From: an uncultured Gammaproteobacteria bacterium
Lineage (GTDB): Bacteria; Pseudomonadota; Gammaproteobacteria; Eutrophobiales; Eutrophobiaceae
Assembly: GCA_963976795.1 (NCBI GenBank)
Contig: CAXBLT010000017.1
Span: forward strand, 549 to 64,548
Length of the DNA stretch: 64,000 nt
Reading direction: 5' to 3'
The position numbers were made by a program, and so were the translations under genes. Shown one piece after another: positions 44,301-57,573 of this stretch (positions within the stretch are counted from its first letter, which is position 1; each line of letters begins with the position of its first letter). The notes beneath the pieces were generated by a model, which was not told the DNA's origin, did not search any database, and saw nothing but the letters and a program-made list of their open reading frames with translations.

Positions 44301-45228
44301 ACATAAAAAATGGTCTGCTACCAGCTTTCAAATTCAATCCCTCCGCGATAACCCTGATTGTGCACGACAGGAATTTGATAACATAGGTGATCAAAATGAT
44401 TCTGGCTTGTTTGTCGACACCACGTTTGAGCTCGAGAGTAATCCGCTTGTCTTTATCAACACCGATGTAAAACCAAAGATGGCGATACTGCGGGAGCAAG
44501 GCGTTAACGGACAATTAGAAATGGCGGCGGCATTTGATCGTGCTGGATTTGACTGCGTTGATGTTCACATGCAGGATTTAATTGACGGTCAAATCAAGCT
44601 TGATTCATTTAATGGTCTGGTTGCCTGTGGCGGGTTTTCTTATGGTGATGTCTTGGGCGCTGGTGGTGGCTGGGCAAAGTCTATTTTGTACAATGACAAG
44701 ATCAGCAAGATGTTTGAAACATTTTTTAAGCGTACCGATACTTTTTCCCTTGGTGTCTGTAATGGCTGCCAAATGATGTCACAACTACGTGACTTGATCC
44801 CAGGCGCAACATCATGGCCTGATTTCATTCGTAATCAATCAGAACAATTTGAGGCGCGACTGGTCATGGTGGAGATAATGGAATCACCTTCTATTTTATT
44901 CAAAGACATGGTTGGGTCTAAAATGCCTGTCGTAGTTGCCCATGGTGAAGGTCGTGTCTCATATAAATCTACAGATTTAATATCAAATGCTGCTATGCGC
45001 TATATTGATAATACCGGTGTAGTGACAGAAAATTACCCTCATAACCCGAATGGTTCTATTAACGGATGTACCGGGTTCACAAATGATGACGGGCGCATCA
45101 ATATCATGATGCCGCATCCAGAACGCGTCTTTTTGCGTAAGCAATTTTCATATTTACCTTCACAATGGGTCAATGAATATAGCCCATGGATAAAAATGTT
45201 CTTGAATGCACGAGATTGGTTAAATTAA
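41359..45228 (+). CDS. purL: Phosphoribosylformylglycinamidine synthase (single-chain)
   Basis: 1289 aa. PurL and PurM-like domains plus C-terminal glutamine amidotransferase with catalytic GVCNGCQ. Confidence 0.96.
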   Translation: MMLILPGGNALSEFRVNKLLFALQSCIPAISSVESYYIHFAETSSDLNQKETTQLNALLNYGAAVKHVAVDSFNLIIIPRPGTISPWSSKASDIVHNSGLNKIMRLERGRVYSFTLNDGNTLNEKQITLLKPHIHDRMTEILIDNENDASALFTITEPAELTQVDIINAGIEALETANTEMGLALSNDEISYLFSSFKTLGRNPTDVELMMFAQANSEHCRHKIFNAEWTIDNVKQEHSLFKMIRQTHEANPGNVLSAYHDNAAVMAGFNGARFFTDPINHHYGYHDEDIHILMKVETHNHPTAISPYPGAATGSGGEIRDEAATGRGAKPKAGLSGFAVSNLKIPGFEQAWETDNGKPDRIVSALDIMLEGPIGAAAYNNEFGRPALCGYFRTYEQRKDETLIYGYHKPIMLAGGYGMIREPDVHKQDIPTGAKLIVLGGPAMLIGLGGGAASSMASGSSDASLDFASVQRDNPEMERRCQEVIDRCWALGDNNPIISIHDVGAGGLSNAMPELVSASNRGAQLELREIPNDEPGMSPMGVWCNESQERYVLAIAEEQLDRFTSLCERERAPYAVLGDATAKEQLVLNDAHFSNQAIDIPMSVLLGKMPNIQRDVQSETTQHTEFDTSTLDLYESIDRVLQLPTVASKNFLITIGDRSISGLVVRDQMVGPWQVPVADCAVTSSSYFDYIGEAMAIGERAPLALINAAASGRMAIAEAIMNISAARIIKLEDIALSANWMAACGETGQDAKLYSAVAAVSDLCKTLGIAIPVGKDSLSMNTVWSKNNQQQKVTSPLSLNITAFARVADVRHSLTPQLHQDDDTVLLYIDLAKGKQRLAGSALCQVYEQFGNETPDLDDPNILIVFFQALQILNESDYILAYHDRSDGGLFVTLAEMAFAGHTGIDIELAYTNDIIANLFNEELGAVIQIKRAHEQSVKQTFINAGIEERTLHTIGTINNDYTFRLAQDGTNNLELPVNELHKKWSATSFQIQSLRDNPDCARQEFDNIGDQNDSGLFVDTTFELESNPLVFINTDVKPKMAILREQGVNGQLEMAAAFDRAGFDCVDVHMQDLIDGQIKLDSFNGLVACGGFSYGDVLGAGGGWAKSILYNDKISKMFETFFKRTDTFSLGVCNGCQMMSQLRDLIPGATSWPDFIRNQSEQFEARLVMVEIMESPSILFKDMVGSKMPVVVAHGEGRVSYKSTDLISNAAMRYIDNTGVVTENYPHNPNGSINGCTGFTNDDGRINIMMPHPERVFLRKQFSYLPSQWVNEYSPWIKMFLNARDWLN

Positions 45229-45351
45229 ACCTATAGTATTGTCAGCAATACATATAACCGCTACCGGCAGCTGATTGACGTTTTATCAGCGCTGACATGG
45301 ATTTAGCCATGCGCTAAACTTCTGTTTAATGACAGGCTCTTATTTAACACC

Positions 45352-45894
45352 ATGAAAAAATCTTCCGGTATTTCAGACGAAGACAGTGCGTTATTTCGTC
45401 AATCAGTTGGCGATGCCCGGCCATTAAAGCAAGATAGTTTTATTGCTGAGAAACCAAAACCCAAAGCTCACCCTGCGAAAACAGAAGCCGATAACCTTGC
45501 GGTCCTTGAGGAAATGAGTGTCGCAGACTTTGACTTCGCTCTTTTGGAGAGAGGAGATGAGCTTTTCTATACCAGTCCTGGACTACAAAATAATATATTA
45601 AAAAAATTACGCCGAGGTCATTATAAGATTGAAGCAGAATTGGATTTGCACGGCATGACGGTTGATAGTGCTAAGATTGCATTAACTGATTTCCTTAAGC
45701 AATGTACAGTACGCTCTCAACGCTGCGTTAGAATCATTCACGGAAAAGGGTTGGGTTCCGTCAACAAACAACCGGTTATAAAAAACAAACTTAATCAATG
45801 GCTACAAAAAATGGACATTGCACAAGCCTTCTGTTCGGCAAGACCTGCTGATGGCGGTACCGGTGCAATTTATTTGTTATTAAAACGTAAATGA
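45352..45894 (+). CDS. Smr-domain protein (SmrA/YdaL-like)
   Basis: C-terminal Smr motif LDLHGMTVDSA...IIHGKGLGS. 180 aa. Confidence 0.8.
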   Translation: MKKSSGISDEDSALFRQSVGDARPLKQDSFIAEKPKPKAHPAKTEADNLAVLEEMSVADFDFALLERGDELFYTSPGLQNNILKKLRRGHYKIEAELDLHGMTVDSAKIALTDFLKQCTVRSQRCVRIIHGKGLGSVNKQPVIKNKLNQWLQKMDIAQAFCSARPADGGTGAIYLLLKRK

Positions 45895-46175
45895 TGAGAA
45901 ACAGAAGTATTAATAAATAAAAAAGTAGTATGACAGTAACCCGATAATGATTTAGCTTCGCTGTTTGTTACCTACACAAGAGCATCTAGTGTCAGGTAAT
46001 ATCAGGTTTAGATATCACTGAAGAATATCAAAATCAGGTTTCGAGCAAAAATTATCACTAATAACACACATATAGAACTTAATGACGGTTTATCTGTTCT
46101 AAAAACGTGCATCATTCACTATACTTGTATTATTATTCAATAATTAATAAGAATAGTAAGATTCAGGGATAAGAT

Positions 46176-47252
46176 ATGATGTTATCACGTCTGAGTAACG
46201 TTGCTGGAAGTAAAACTTCATCAATAATATATATTGTCGATGATGAACCTGTCAGCAGAATGTTACTGAGTAAAACTATTGAGAATATTAATTCTGAAAT
46301 AACTGTAAAGTCATTTCAAAGTGCACCTGCAGCACTTGCCGCGCTTGAGACCTCCCCGCCCGACTTGATAATCACTGATTACAAAATGCCTATCATGAAC
46401 GGTGTTGAATTCACCAAACGGATTAGAAGACTGCATAATTGTAAAGACATCCCGATCATCATGATAACGATTATTGATGATCGTTCTGTTCTATACGACG
46501 CATTAAAAAGCGGGGTTACAGAGTTTCTTAATAAGCCATTTGATAAAGTTGAATGCGAAGCACGGTGTAAGAATTTATTGGCTCTGGGAAAACGTCAAAC
46601 AAAATTAAAACAACGTAGCTTTAAACTTGAAAAAAAGATCAGTGAAACTTCAGAGGAAATTCATGTCAGAGAAAAAGAAACATTAATACGTTTAACGAGG
46701 GCATGTGGATTTAAGGATTGCGTCACAGGTGAGCATCTCCTCAGAATTGGTCGAATAAGCAGGATTCTTGCACTGGAACTGGGCTTTGATGAAACATTCG
46801 CAGAAATACTGGAAACATCTTCCCCGTTACATGATATTGGGAAACTGGCTATACCAGACAATATTTTGATGAAAAAAGGTAAGCTGACTGAACAAGAGTT
46901 TGACATTATGAAGACACACACAACAATTGGTCATGAAATACTCAAAGACAGCCCATCACCTTATTTACAAACAGGCGCATTAATTGCTCTTAATCATCAT
47001 GAAAAATATGATGGTAGCGGTTATCCAAATAAAATACCGGGAAAGGATATTCCTATAGAAGCCAGAATCGTTGCCGTTGCAGATGTATTTGACTCATTAA
47101 GCAACCATAGGCCCTATAAAAAAGCCTGGCCAATCAACAAAACTATTGATTATCTGGTAGAACAACAGGGGCAGCATCTTGATCCGGAGTGTGTGAAGGC
47201 ATTATTGAGTAGAATTGATGATGTAGAACTACCGCCAAAAAAAACACAATAA
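46176..47252 (+). CDS. rpfG: Two-component response regulator with HD-GYP phosphodiesterase domain (RpfG-like)
   Basis: REC domain IYIVDDEP...DLIITDYKMPIMNG. HD-GYP motifs HDIGK and HHEKYDGSGYP. Confidence 0.85.
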   Translation: MMLSRLSNVAGSKTSSIIYIVDDEPVSRMLLSKTIENINSEITVKSFQSAPAALAALETSPPDLIITDYKMPIMNGVEFTKRIRRLHNCKDIPIIMITIIDDRSVLYDALKSGVTEFLNKPFDKVECEARCKNLLALGKRQTKLKQRSFKLEKKISETSEEIHVREKETLIRLTRACGFKDCVTGEHLLRIGRISRILALELGFDETFAEILETSSPLHDIGKLAIPDNILMKKGKLTEQEFDIMKTHTTIGHEILKDSPSPYLQTGALIALNHHEKYDGSGYPNKIPGKDIPIEARIVAVADVFDSLSNHRPYKKAWPINKTIDYLVEQQGQHLDPECVKALLSRIDDVELPPKKTQ

Positions 47253-47270
47253 TGGTTTCATTGTGTAACC

Positions 47271-49826
47271 ATGAAAAATAAATTAGTACACTTAGTTAAA
47301 ACTCGTTTGCAAAACCGCGAAGATTCTGAGCACATACAAACCGTTGTCAGATTTGCCATGGGTGTTACCTGGCTGCTATATATATCGTGGTTAAATCGAT
47401 TTACACACATTGATTCTGCTGCTGCAACGGCGACATCGTATTTGTATATTATTTGCTGTCTTCTAAATCTGGTTTGGATAGTGATTACTCCAAAACCGCT
47501 TCCCGTTCGTCGCTACGTTAGCATTTTTCTTGATATATCATTTGCATCGTTTGCATTTTATCTTATAGGAGAATATGGGGCACCCTTGATTGGCGCATAT
47601 TTATTTTTAATATTTGGCTATGGATTTCGATACGGAAATAAGTATTTATACATAAGTACCGCCATCAGTATTGCTGGAGTTTCTTTGGTGATGATATACA
47701 GCTCTTATTGGCAAAAAGAGATCATGCATGGATACGGTGCCATTATTTCAATAACGATCCTATCTGCTTATGTCTCGACATTGATATCACTACTGCATAA
47801 ATCAATTAATGAAGCCAACTCCGCAAATGAAGCGAAAAGTCAATTTCTGGCAAATATGAGTCATGAAATTCGTACACCGTTGAACGGTGTGGTCGGGATG
47901 AGTTCATTGCTTTCCACAACTGAACTCAATAGTAAGCAACAAGAGTATTCATCGACTATTAATGCTTCGGCCAAAACATTGTTGGCATTAATCAATGATA
48001 TCCTCGATATTTCAAAAATAGAGGCAGGAAAGATAACGATAGAACAAGTAGATTTTGATCTGCATGCTCTTATTAACTCAACAAGTAAAATGCTCTCTCC
48101 ACAAGCGGTAAATAAAGGACTGAAGTTTAACGTTCATATCTCACCTGAGGTTCCTTTTTTACTACGTGGTGATGAGCAACATTTAAGACAAGTACTGATT
48201 AATCTTATTAGTAATGCTATCAAATTCACACAAAATGGTTCTATTGAAATAGTTTTATCTTTAGTCTCAACAGCAGAAAATAAAGCCAGAATAATGTTTA
48301 AAGTCATCGATACGGGAATTGGTATCGCAAATGAATCAAAAGACAATATATTTGAAAAATTTACTCAGGCAGATGCTTCTACAACTCGTAATTTTGGCGG
48401 GACAGGACTTGGGATGGCCATTGCCAAACAATTAGTTAATGCAATGCACGGAGAAATAGATTTCACCAGTGTGTTAGGAGAAGGTTCAACGTTCTGGTTT
48501 AGTTTGGAATTTGAACAACAAACCGTATTGTCAGAAGAAAACCAGTCACTGGAACATTTCTCTGGTGCCCATATTTTAATCATCAACCCAATAAAAGAAA
48601 AACAACAGACTATCCAGGAACACCTCTCATTGTGGCCAATATCATATAAACAATCTGACCGTGCTCAAGATGCGATAGATATGATCATGTCTGCTAACGC
48701 TGAAAATAATTCGTTTAATGTCATCCTTGTTTTCAAGAAGTATCTTGACACAGACCCTGTTAATTTTATTAAGCAGGCTACAACAAAATCAAGCTTCAAA
48801 GACCATTCATTCATACTCATAAATGATAACGAATTACCTGAGTCCGGAAAAACAGATCTATTACAGGCAGGCTATGCCTCCATAATACGTAGTAATCTTG
48901 ATAGAACAAAATTCTTCAGGACATTGCATGCCGTTATTTCTGGTGTCAGTGCCATATCACCTAATAATAACATTCGTGGTTTTGATAATAAGTCAGCTGA
49001 TATAACTCAAGTAAAAAAACTAGAAATACTCGTTGGTGAAGATAACAAGACAAACCAACAAGTAATCAAAAGTATTCTGGAATATGCTAACCATCATGTA
49101 ACACTAGCTAATAATGGAGAAGAAGTATTAGATATTTTGGAAGAAGATACATTTGATCTGATTATTCTTGATATGCAGATGCCTGTTATGGGCGGAATAG
49201 AGGCTGCAAAAATATATCGTCACATGTATCCGGAGAAACGCAGTATTCCAATATTGATGCTAACAGCTAATGCTACAAAGGAAGCTCATGATGCATGCAA
49301 GGAGGCAAAACTGGATGCTTATTTAACCAAACCCGTAGAACCGGATAAACTTGTCAAGGTTATCGCTTCGCTTGTCGGTGACGACCATGAGGAAACACCG
49401 GTTGCTAGCAATGAGGCATTAAAAGTTGTTGATATAAATAATCCTAATAATTCGCCATTAATAGACAAAGACTCTTTGGAGTCTTTGGCTTCTATGGCCA
49501 GCGACAAATCATTTATGAAAACCTTAATAGAAGGTTACTTACGTGACACTGCTAATTCTCTAAAACACATGTCCCAATTTTCCAGTGATGACGATTACAA
49601 TAAATTATCAGAACTTGCTCATAGTGTCGATGGAAGTTCTCGTTCAATTGGTACTAAAAGATTATCAAGAATTGCCGACTTAATATATAAACAAGCCCAA
49701 TCCAGACAACACAAACTAATTTTAAACAATCTGGATTTAATCAATAGCGTATTCGAAGAAACACAAACTGAATTAAAATCATTCCTTTCAAAGACTGCTT
49801 CATCAAATTCGCAACAAAATAGCTAA
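47271..49826 (+). CDS. rpfC: Hybrid sensor histidine kinase (RpfC-like). Architecture: membrane sensor, HisKA, HATPase, pseudo-receiver, receiver, HPt
   Basis: About 5 N-terminal TM helices. H-box [12 protein letters not shown]-boxes DTGIGI and GGTGLGMAI. Receiver [12 protein letters not shown]-terminal HPt motif [11 protein letters not shown]. Confidence 0.85.
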   Translation: MKNKLVHLVKTRLQNREDSEHIQTVVRFAMGVTWLLYISWLNRFTHIDSAAATATSYLYIICCLLNLVWIVITPKPLPVRRYVSIFLDISFASFAFYLIGEYGAPLIGAYLFLIFGYGFRYGNKYLYISTAISIAGVSLVMIYSSYWQKEIMHGYGAIISITILSAYVSTLISLLHKSINEANSANEAKSQFLANMSHEIRTPLNGVVGMSSLLSTTELNSKQQEYSSTINASAKTLLALINDILDISKIEAGKITIEQVDFDLHALINSTSKMLSPQAVNKGLKFNVHISPEVPFLLRGDEQHLRQVLINLISNAIKFTQNGSIEIVLSLVSTAENKARIMFKVIDTGIGIANESKDNIFEKFTQADASTTRNFGGTGLGMAIAKQLVNAMHGEIDFTSVLGEGSTFWFSLEFEQQTVLSEENQSLEHFSGAHILIINPIKEKQQTIQEHLSLWPISYKQSDRAQDAIDMIMSANAENNSFNVILVFKKYLDTDPVNFIKQATTKSSFKDHSFILINDNELPESGKTDLLQAGYASIIRSNLDRTKFFRTLHAVISGVSAISPNNNIRGFDNKSADITQVKKLEILVGEDNKTNQQVIKSILEYANHHVTLANNGEEVLDILEEDTFDLIILDMQMPVMGGIEAAKIYRHMYPEKRSIPILMLTANATKEAHDACKEAKLDAYLTKPVEPDKLVKVIASLVGDDHEETPVASNEALKVVDINNPNNSPLIDKDSLESLASMASDKSFMKTLIEGYLRDTANSLKHMSQFSSDDDYNKLSELAHSVDGSSRSIGTKRLSRIADLIYKQAQSRQHKLILNNLDLINSVFEETQTELKSFLSKTASSNSQQNS

Positions 49827-49848
49827 GTTAATACATCAAGTTTTATAA

Positions 49849-49874
49849 TTAATGGGACATCCTTGTCTCATTAA
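49849..49874. terminator. Hairpin between convergent rpfC and desaturase genes
   Basis: ttaatgggaca-tcct-tgtctcattaa, an 11-bp stem with one G-U pair. Confidence 0.45.
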
Positions 49875-49902
49875 TAAAATGCTTATCTAATTTATAATTT
49901 AG

Positions 49903-50988
49903 TTATGCTGCTTTTGCATAACCCTTTTCTTCTATTAATACTGTTTTGTTACTAGTTGCATTTCCTGAAAAATCCATCCATAAATGATTATCATAATCAT
50001 ATAATTTGCATTTTCCCATCGTTGCAAAAAAGCTCACTAGTGAAAAGTCCATCGTAATTAAATCCTCTCCGTACAACTCACATAGAACTGTCTGTGCTTT
50101 TGATAAATTATAGAGAGGTATTCTCGGATCAACATGATGCGCCGTGTGCTCCATTGCATTGTGACTAATCAAATTATACCAATGCGGATATTTTATATGC
50201 ACAGTTATATCTTCGAGAGTTGCGTATGCATTACATTCTTTTTGAGTCTTAAACCATGGAACAGTTTCGTGAGTATGATGTTGATACACAGTCACTCCTA
50301 TCAAGAAATTACTTACAAGAAAAGGAAGCACTAGTCCTAACAATATTACTTCTAACGGACTTGTGTATGCGACGTGCATCCCCATATAAATAAGTACTGT
50401 TGTAAAAGCTGCCATATAACTAACTACTAGTACGAAATCCAGAAAATAAGCACCATTTTTCTGTTTGATAATTCGTTTGTATGGAAAAAACTTATCTTTC
50501 CACCAACGTTCAATCATGTAGTTGAAACAAATTCCTAGTGGAGAACGATATAAATGTTCTATCAGCTTTCGACTTGCAGACAAACCATCATATTCTTCTT
50601 TTGACAATGGCGACCATGAATTTATACCTTTAATGTTAGGAGATTGATGGTGTGAGCGATTATGTGCGATTAACCATAAACTGTAATTATGAAATGAAGG
50701 TAAAAAGGCTATGCGGCCTATTATAGAATTCCATACTCGGTTGGATGTAAAACTATCATGTCCCGCATCATGTGAAACCAGGAATAACGTCCCTATTCTC
50801 AGCCCTGCTATAACACTACATGTTATTCTTAACAGCAGGCTTTCAAACATGATTGTCCCGGCTATCGCCAATGCATAGATAGTGAGATCAGAAAAAAATA
50901 TAAATAATGCAAGTTTATTTGATGGTTTTGCGTACTGTTTTATTGAGTGCCGTAACTCTTTTGTATTTAAATTATTCATTATAATCAC
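49903..50988 (-). CDS. Integral-membrane fatty-acid desaturase family protein
   Basis: Three histidine boxes, HDAGHD, HNRSHH and HTAHH, with multiple TM segments, as in PF00487 desaturases. 36 nt downstream of the rpfF-like gene. Confidence 0.8.
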   Translation of the reverse strand: MIIMNNLNTKELRHSIKQYAKPSNKLALFIFFSDLTIYALAIAGTIMFESLLLRITCSVIAGLRIGTLFLVSHDAGHDSFTSNRVWNSIIGRIAFLPSFHNYSLWLIAHNRSHHQSPNIKGINSWSPLSKEEYDGLSASRKLIEHLYRSPLGICFNYMIERWWKDKFFPYKRIIKQKNGAYFLDFVLVVSYMAAFTTVLIYMGMHVAYTSPLEVILLGLVLPFLVSNFLIGVTVYQHHTHETVPWFKTQKECNAYATLEDITVHIKYPHWYNLISHNAMEHTAHHVDPRIPLYNLSKAQTVLCELYGEDLITMDFSLVSFFATMGKCKLYDYDNHLWMDFSGNATSNKTVLIEEKGYAKAA

Positions 50989-51024
50989 CTGTTCCTAAGC
51001 TTGTTTAATTGTTTTACGTAATAA

Positions 51025-51930
51025 TCAAGATACACTTACTTTTGAATATTCATGCTGGTATTCTGTCTCGTACCTTTTCTGACTACGCAACAAACGATTG
51101 ATTGTCCTAATATCTTTATCAGAGATATCAAAAACTGTATCAACCCAAGAGTCACAGCAAATATCCATCAGCTCCTGTTGGTCATAGTGATTTAAATTTT
51201 GAACTATTTTTTGCATCGCCATATTTCCATTCCAGTTTTTATTATGGTTTTGGACATATGAATAAACGGCCTCTTCGCCGCAGTGATCATCCACAAGAAC
51301 ATCAATAATTCCCATGTCATATAATTCTTCTGCGCTATATAAATTACCGCTGGAAATCAGTTTATGAGCCTTGTTTAACCCTATTCTTGATGAGAGTGTC
51401 TGGAATGCCCCCATGCCAGGAAAACAATTAAACAATATTTCAGGAAAACCCATCATTGCTGAACGCTCTGCAATGATCACGTCACCTGATAATGCTATTT
51501 CAAAGCCACCACCAAGTGCATTTCCCCTAACCAAAGATATAGTGACAATGGGTAAATTAAAATTTGTCATTATCGGATAGATCGCTTTTATACAATTAGC
51601 TGCGTATTTCTCCAGAGCTATTCTGTCCTTGTTTTTAATACAATTTAAAAAATGATTGAGGTCACCACCTAAACTAAAGACTCCATTCGCGTGTGAATCA
51701 AGAATGTGATACTTAACCGTTTGCATTTCTCCATCAATGGGTAGCTGTCCATTATTAATTTCAATACATCGATGCAAAGTTCGAATATCATCAACTAATT
51801 GTGGCGTTACACACGGCTTTGGAAATGCATCCAGGTAAACCCAAACTATTCCATCATCAGCATCAAATTCATAATTAATGTGTTCAAGCTTATTGATCGT
51901 ATTTTTCAAATTAAAATTTAACGTACTCAT
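51025..51930 (-). CDS. rpfF: Enoyl-CoA hydratase/crotonase-family DSF synthase (RpfF-like)
   Basis: VRGNALGGGFEIALSGDVIIAERSAMMGFPEILFNCFPGMGAF...GNLYSAEEL closely parallels Xanthomonas RpfF (VQGNALGGGFEAALSCHTIIAEEGVMMGLPEVLFDLFPGMGAY...GNLYSAEQL). 301 aa. Confidence 0.8.
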   Translation of the reverse strand: MSTLNFNLKNTINKLEHINYEFDADDGIVWVYLDAFPKPCVTPQLVDDIRTLHRCIEINNGQLPIDGEMQTVKYHILDSHANGVFSLGGDLNHFLNCIKNKDRIALEKYAANCIKAIYPIMTNFNLPIVTISLVRGNALGGGFEIALSGDVIIAERSAMMGFPEILFNCFPGMGAFQTLSSRIGLNKAHKLISSGNLYSAEELYDMGIIDVLVDDHCGEEAVYSYVQNHNKNWNGNMAMQKIVQNLNHYDQQELMDICCDSWVDTVFDISDKDIRTINRLLRSQKRYETEYQHEYSKVSVS

Positions 51931-52091
51931 ATGTAGTCTCCTGTTTATTTGACTTACTAATTTAGTTAATTGAAAACAGAGTCATTAAAACAAGCTTAAC
52001 GCCAAAACACGAAATGACCCGGAATCGTTTAACGATGGATCAAATTTAAAAGACTAAAATGAAATTTAAAAGAAAAGAATTTTCAGAAAAA

Positions 52092-52565
52092 TTATAGAGA
52101 TGTTATTAAAACGACAGCATATACAGCAATGCCTTCGCCACGACCGATAAAACCCATTTTTTCAGTAGTCGTCGCCTTGATATTGACGTCAGTAGATTTT
52201 GCTTCAAGATCTGTAGAAAGATTTTTCTGCATTGAAGAAATATATCCTGCCATCTTTGGTGCTTGTGCCAAAATAGTTATGTCTGCATTACCCAACACAA
52301 ATTTATTTTTTTTCATTAAATCATGAACTTGCCGCAACAAAATTCTACTATCAATATTCTTTAATTCTGGATCTGTATCGGGAAAATGTGAGCCAATATC
52401 ACCCAAACACATGGCCCCAAGTATCGCATCACAAAGAGCGTGAATTACCGCATCTGCATCAGAATGGCCTTCTAAACCTTTCTCATAGGGGATTGTGACA
52501 CCACCCAGAATCAAAGCTCGACCTTCGACAAGACGGTGGGCATCGTAACCATGTCCAATTCGCAT
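52092..52565 (-). CDS. ispF: 2-C-methyl-D-erythritol 2,4-cyclodiphosphate synthase
   Basis: [12 protein letters not shown]...HSDAD motif. 157 aa. Confidence 0.93.
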   Translation of the reverse strand: MRIGHGYDAHRLVEGRALILGGVTIPYEKGLEGHSDADAVIHALCDAILGAMCLGDIGSHFPDTDPELKNIDSRILLRQVHDLMKKNKFVLGNADITILAQAPKMAGYISSMQKNLSTDLEAKSTDVNIKATTTEKMGFIGRGEGIAVYAVVLITSL

Positions 52566-52569
52566 TTTT

Positions 52570-53271
52570 TTATATCACCTTATCTAGGTATGTTTTAAGC
52601 AACTCAAGATCATCTTTATGGGTGAGTTTAATGTTTTCCTGATGCCCAGAGATCAACTTTGGTTTAAAACCCATTCTTTCAATGGCCATTGACTCATCTG
52701 TGACAACGGTTTCATTCTCAAGAGCGTCTTCAATAGCAGACAAAAGTTTATTATATTTAAACATCTGTGGTGTTTGTGCATGCCAGAGTGATTCTCGTTC
52801 TATCGTTTTTTCTATTTCTCCAGCGTCATTTGCACGTTTCATAGTATCCCGACAAGGCATTGCCAGAATGCCTCCTACCTCATGAATCCGTAATTCAATT
52901 ATCAATCGATCAATTGCTGACTGTTTCAAACAAGGTCTAGCCGCATCATGGACCATAACCCAGTCATTATTTTCTGCTTTACCAGATAGTGCCTGTAAAC
53001 AATTTAGCACTGATTGGTAACGCTCTACTCCACCTGGCGCTGTCATTATTTTATCATGATTTGATATTGCTAATGTTGGCCAGTATTCATCTTCCTTAGA
53101 TATTGCCACAATAATTTTTTCTATATCTTCCCGGTGAATAAAACAATCAATTGTATACTCAAGAATTGTCTTATTATTGATCGAGATATACTGTTTTGGT
53201 TTACCTGCGCCCATCCGCGATCCTACACCGGCAGCAGGTATCACTACCCAATATTTTGAATTATCTGACAT
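52570..53271 (-). CDS. ispD: 2-C-methyl-D-erythritol 4-phosphate cytidylyltransferase
   Basis: [14 protein letters not shown]-terminus. 233 aa. ispD-ispF pair. Confidence 0.9.
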   Translation of the reverse strand: MSDNSKYWVVIPAAGVGSRMGAGKPKQYISINNKTILEYTIDCFIHREDIEKIIVAISKEDEYWPTLAISNHDKIMTAPGGVERYQSVLNCLQALSGKAENNDWVMVHDAARPCLKQSAIDRLIIELRIHEVGGILAMPCRDTMKRANDAGEIEKTIERESLWHAQTPQMFKYNKLLSAIEDALENETVVTDESMAIERMGFKPKLISGHQENIKLTHKDDLELLKTYLDKVI

Positions 53272-53276
53272 GAGCC

Positions 53277-53573
53277 TTAATTAGAATCAATTTGAGATCC
53301 TGAATAATCTACAATTTGATAAAATGTTTCATTGTATTTAATCATCCCCATCTCACTTCGTGCACGTTCTTCGATCGCATCATGGCCTTGTTTAAGATCA
53401 TGAACTTCTGCGGCTAAAGATAAATTTCGTTCTTTAAGATTATTGTTCTCTTGCACGACATTACGGATCTGTTCCTGAAGATGATGCACCTCGGTCAAAC
53501 TACCATTACCGAACCATAATCGATACTGTAATAGTATTAACAAGATGAGGAAGAAAGCCGTAGTCAGTTTCAT
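53277..53573 (-). CDS. ftsB: Cell division protein FtsB
   Basis: 98 aa. N-terminal TM segment plus coiled coil. Conserved position eno-ftsB-ispD. Confidence 0.8.
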   Translation of the reverse strand: MKLTTAFFLILLILLQYRLWFGNGSLTEVHHLQEQIRNVVQENNNLKERNLSLAAEVHDLKQGHDAIEERARSEMGMIKYNETFYQIVDYSGSQIDSN

Positions 53574-53604
53574 TTATACTCTCAAGCTCGCAATAAGTTT
53601 CACA

Positions 53605-54891
<1,287 letters not shown>

Positions 54892-54921
54892 TCAGTTCTC
54901 CAATACGTGTTACTTAAATAT

Positions 54922-57400
<2,479 letters not shown>

Positions 57401-57573
57401 TTAGAGAGAAGAATATTGCTCGGTTTAAATAAACCGATTTGTAGGATAAAAAATAGCCTAAATATCATCATATTCAGGGGAAATAATGCTAACAGAATCA
57501 AAGCTAAGACACCATCATAGAAATGCACTAATGGCTATTCAAACTGCTAAAATCAGTAAACCCGTGGTTCAGG

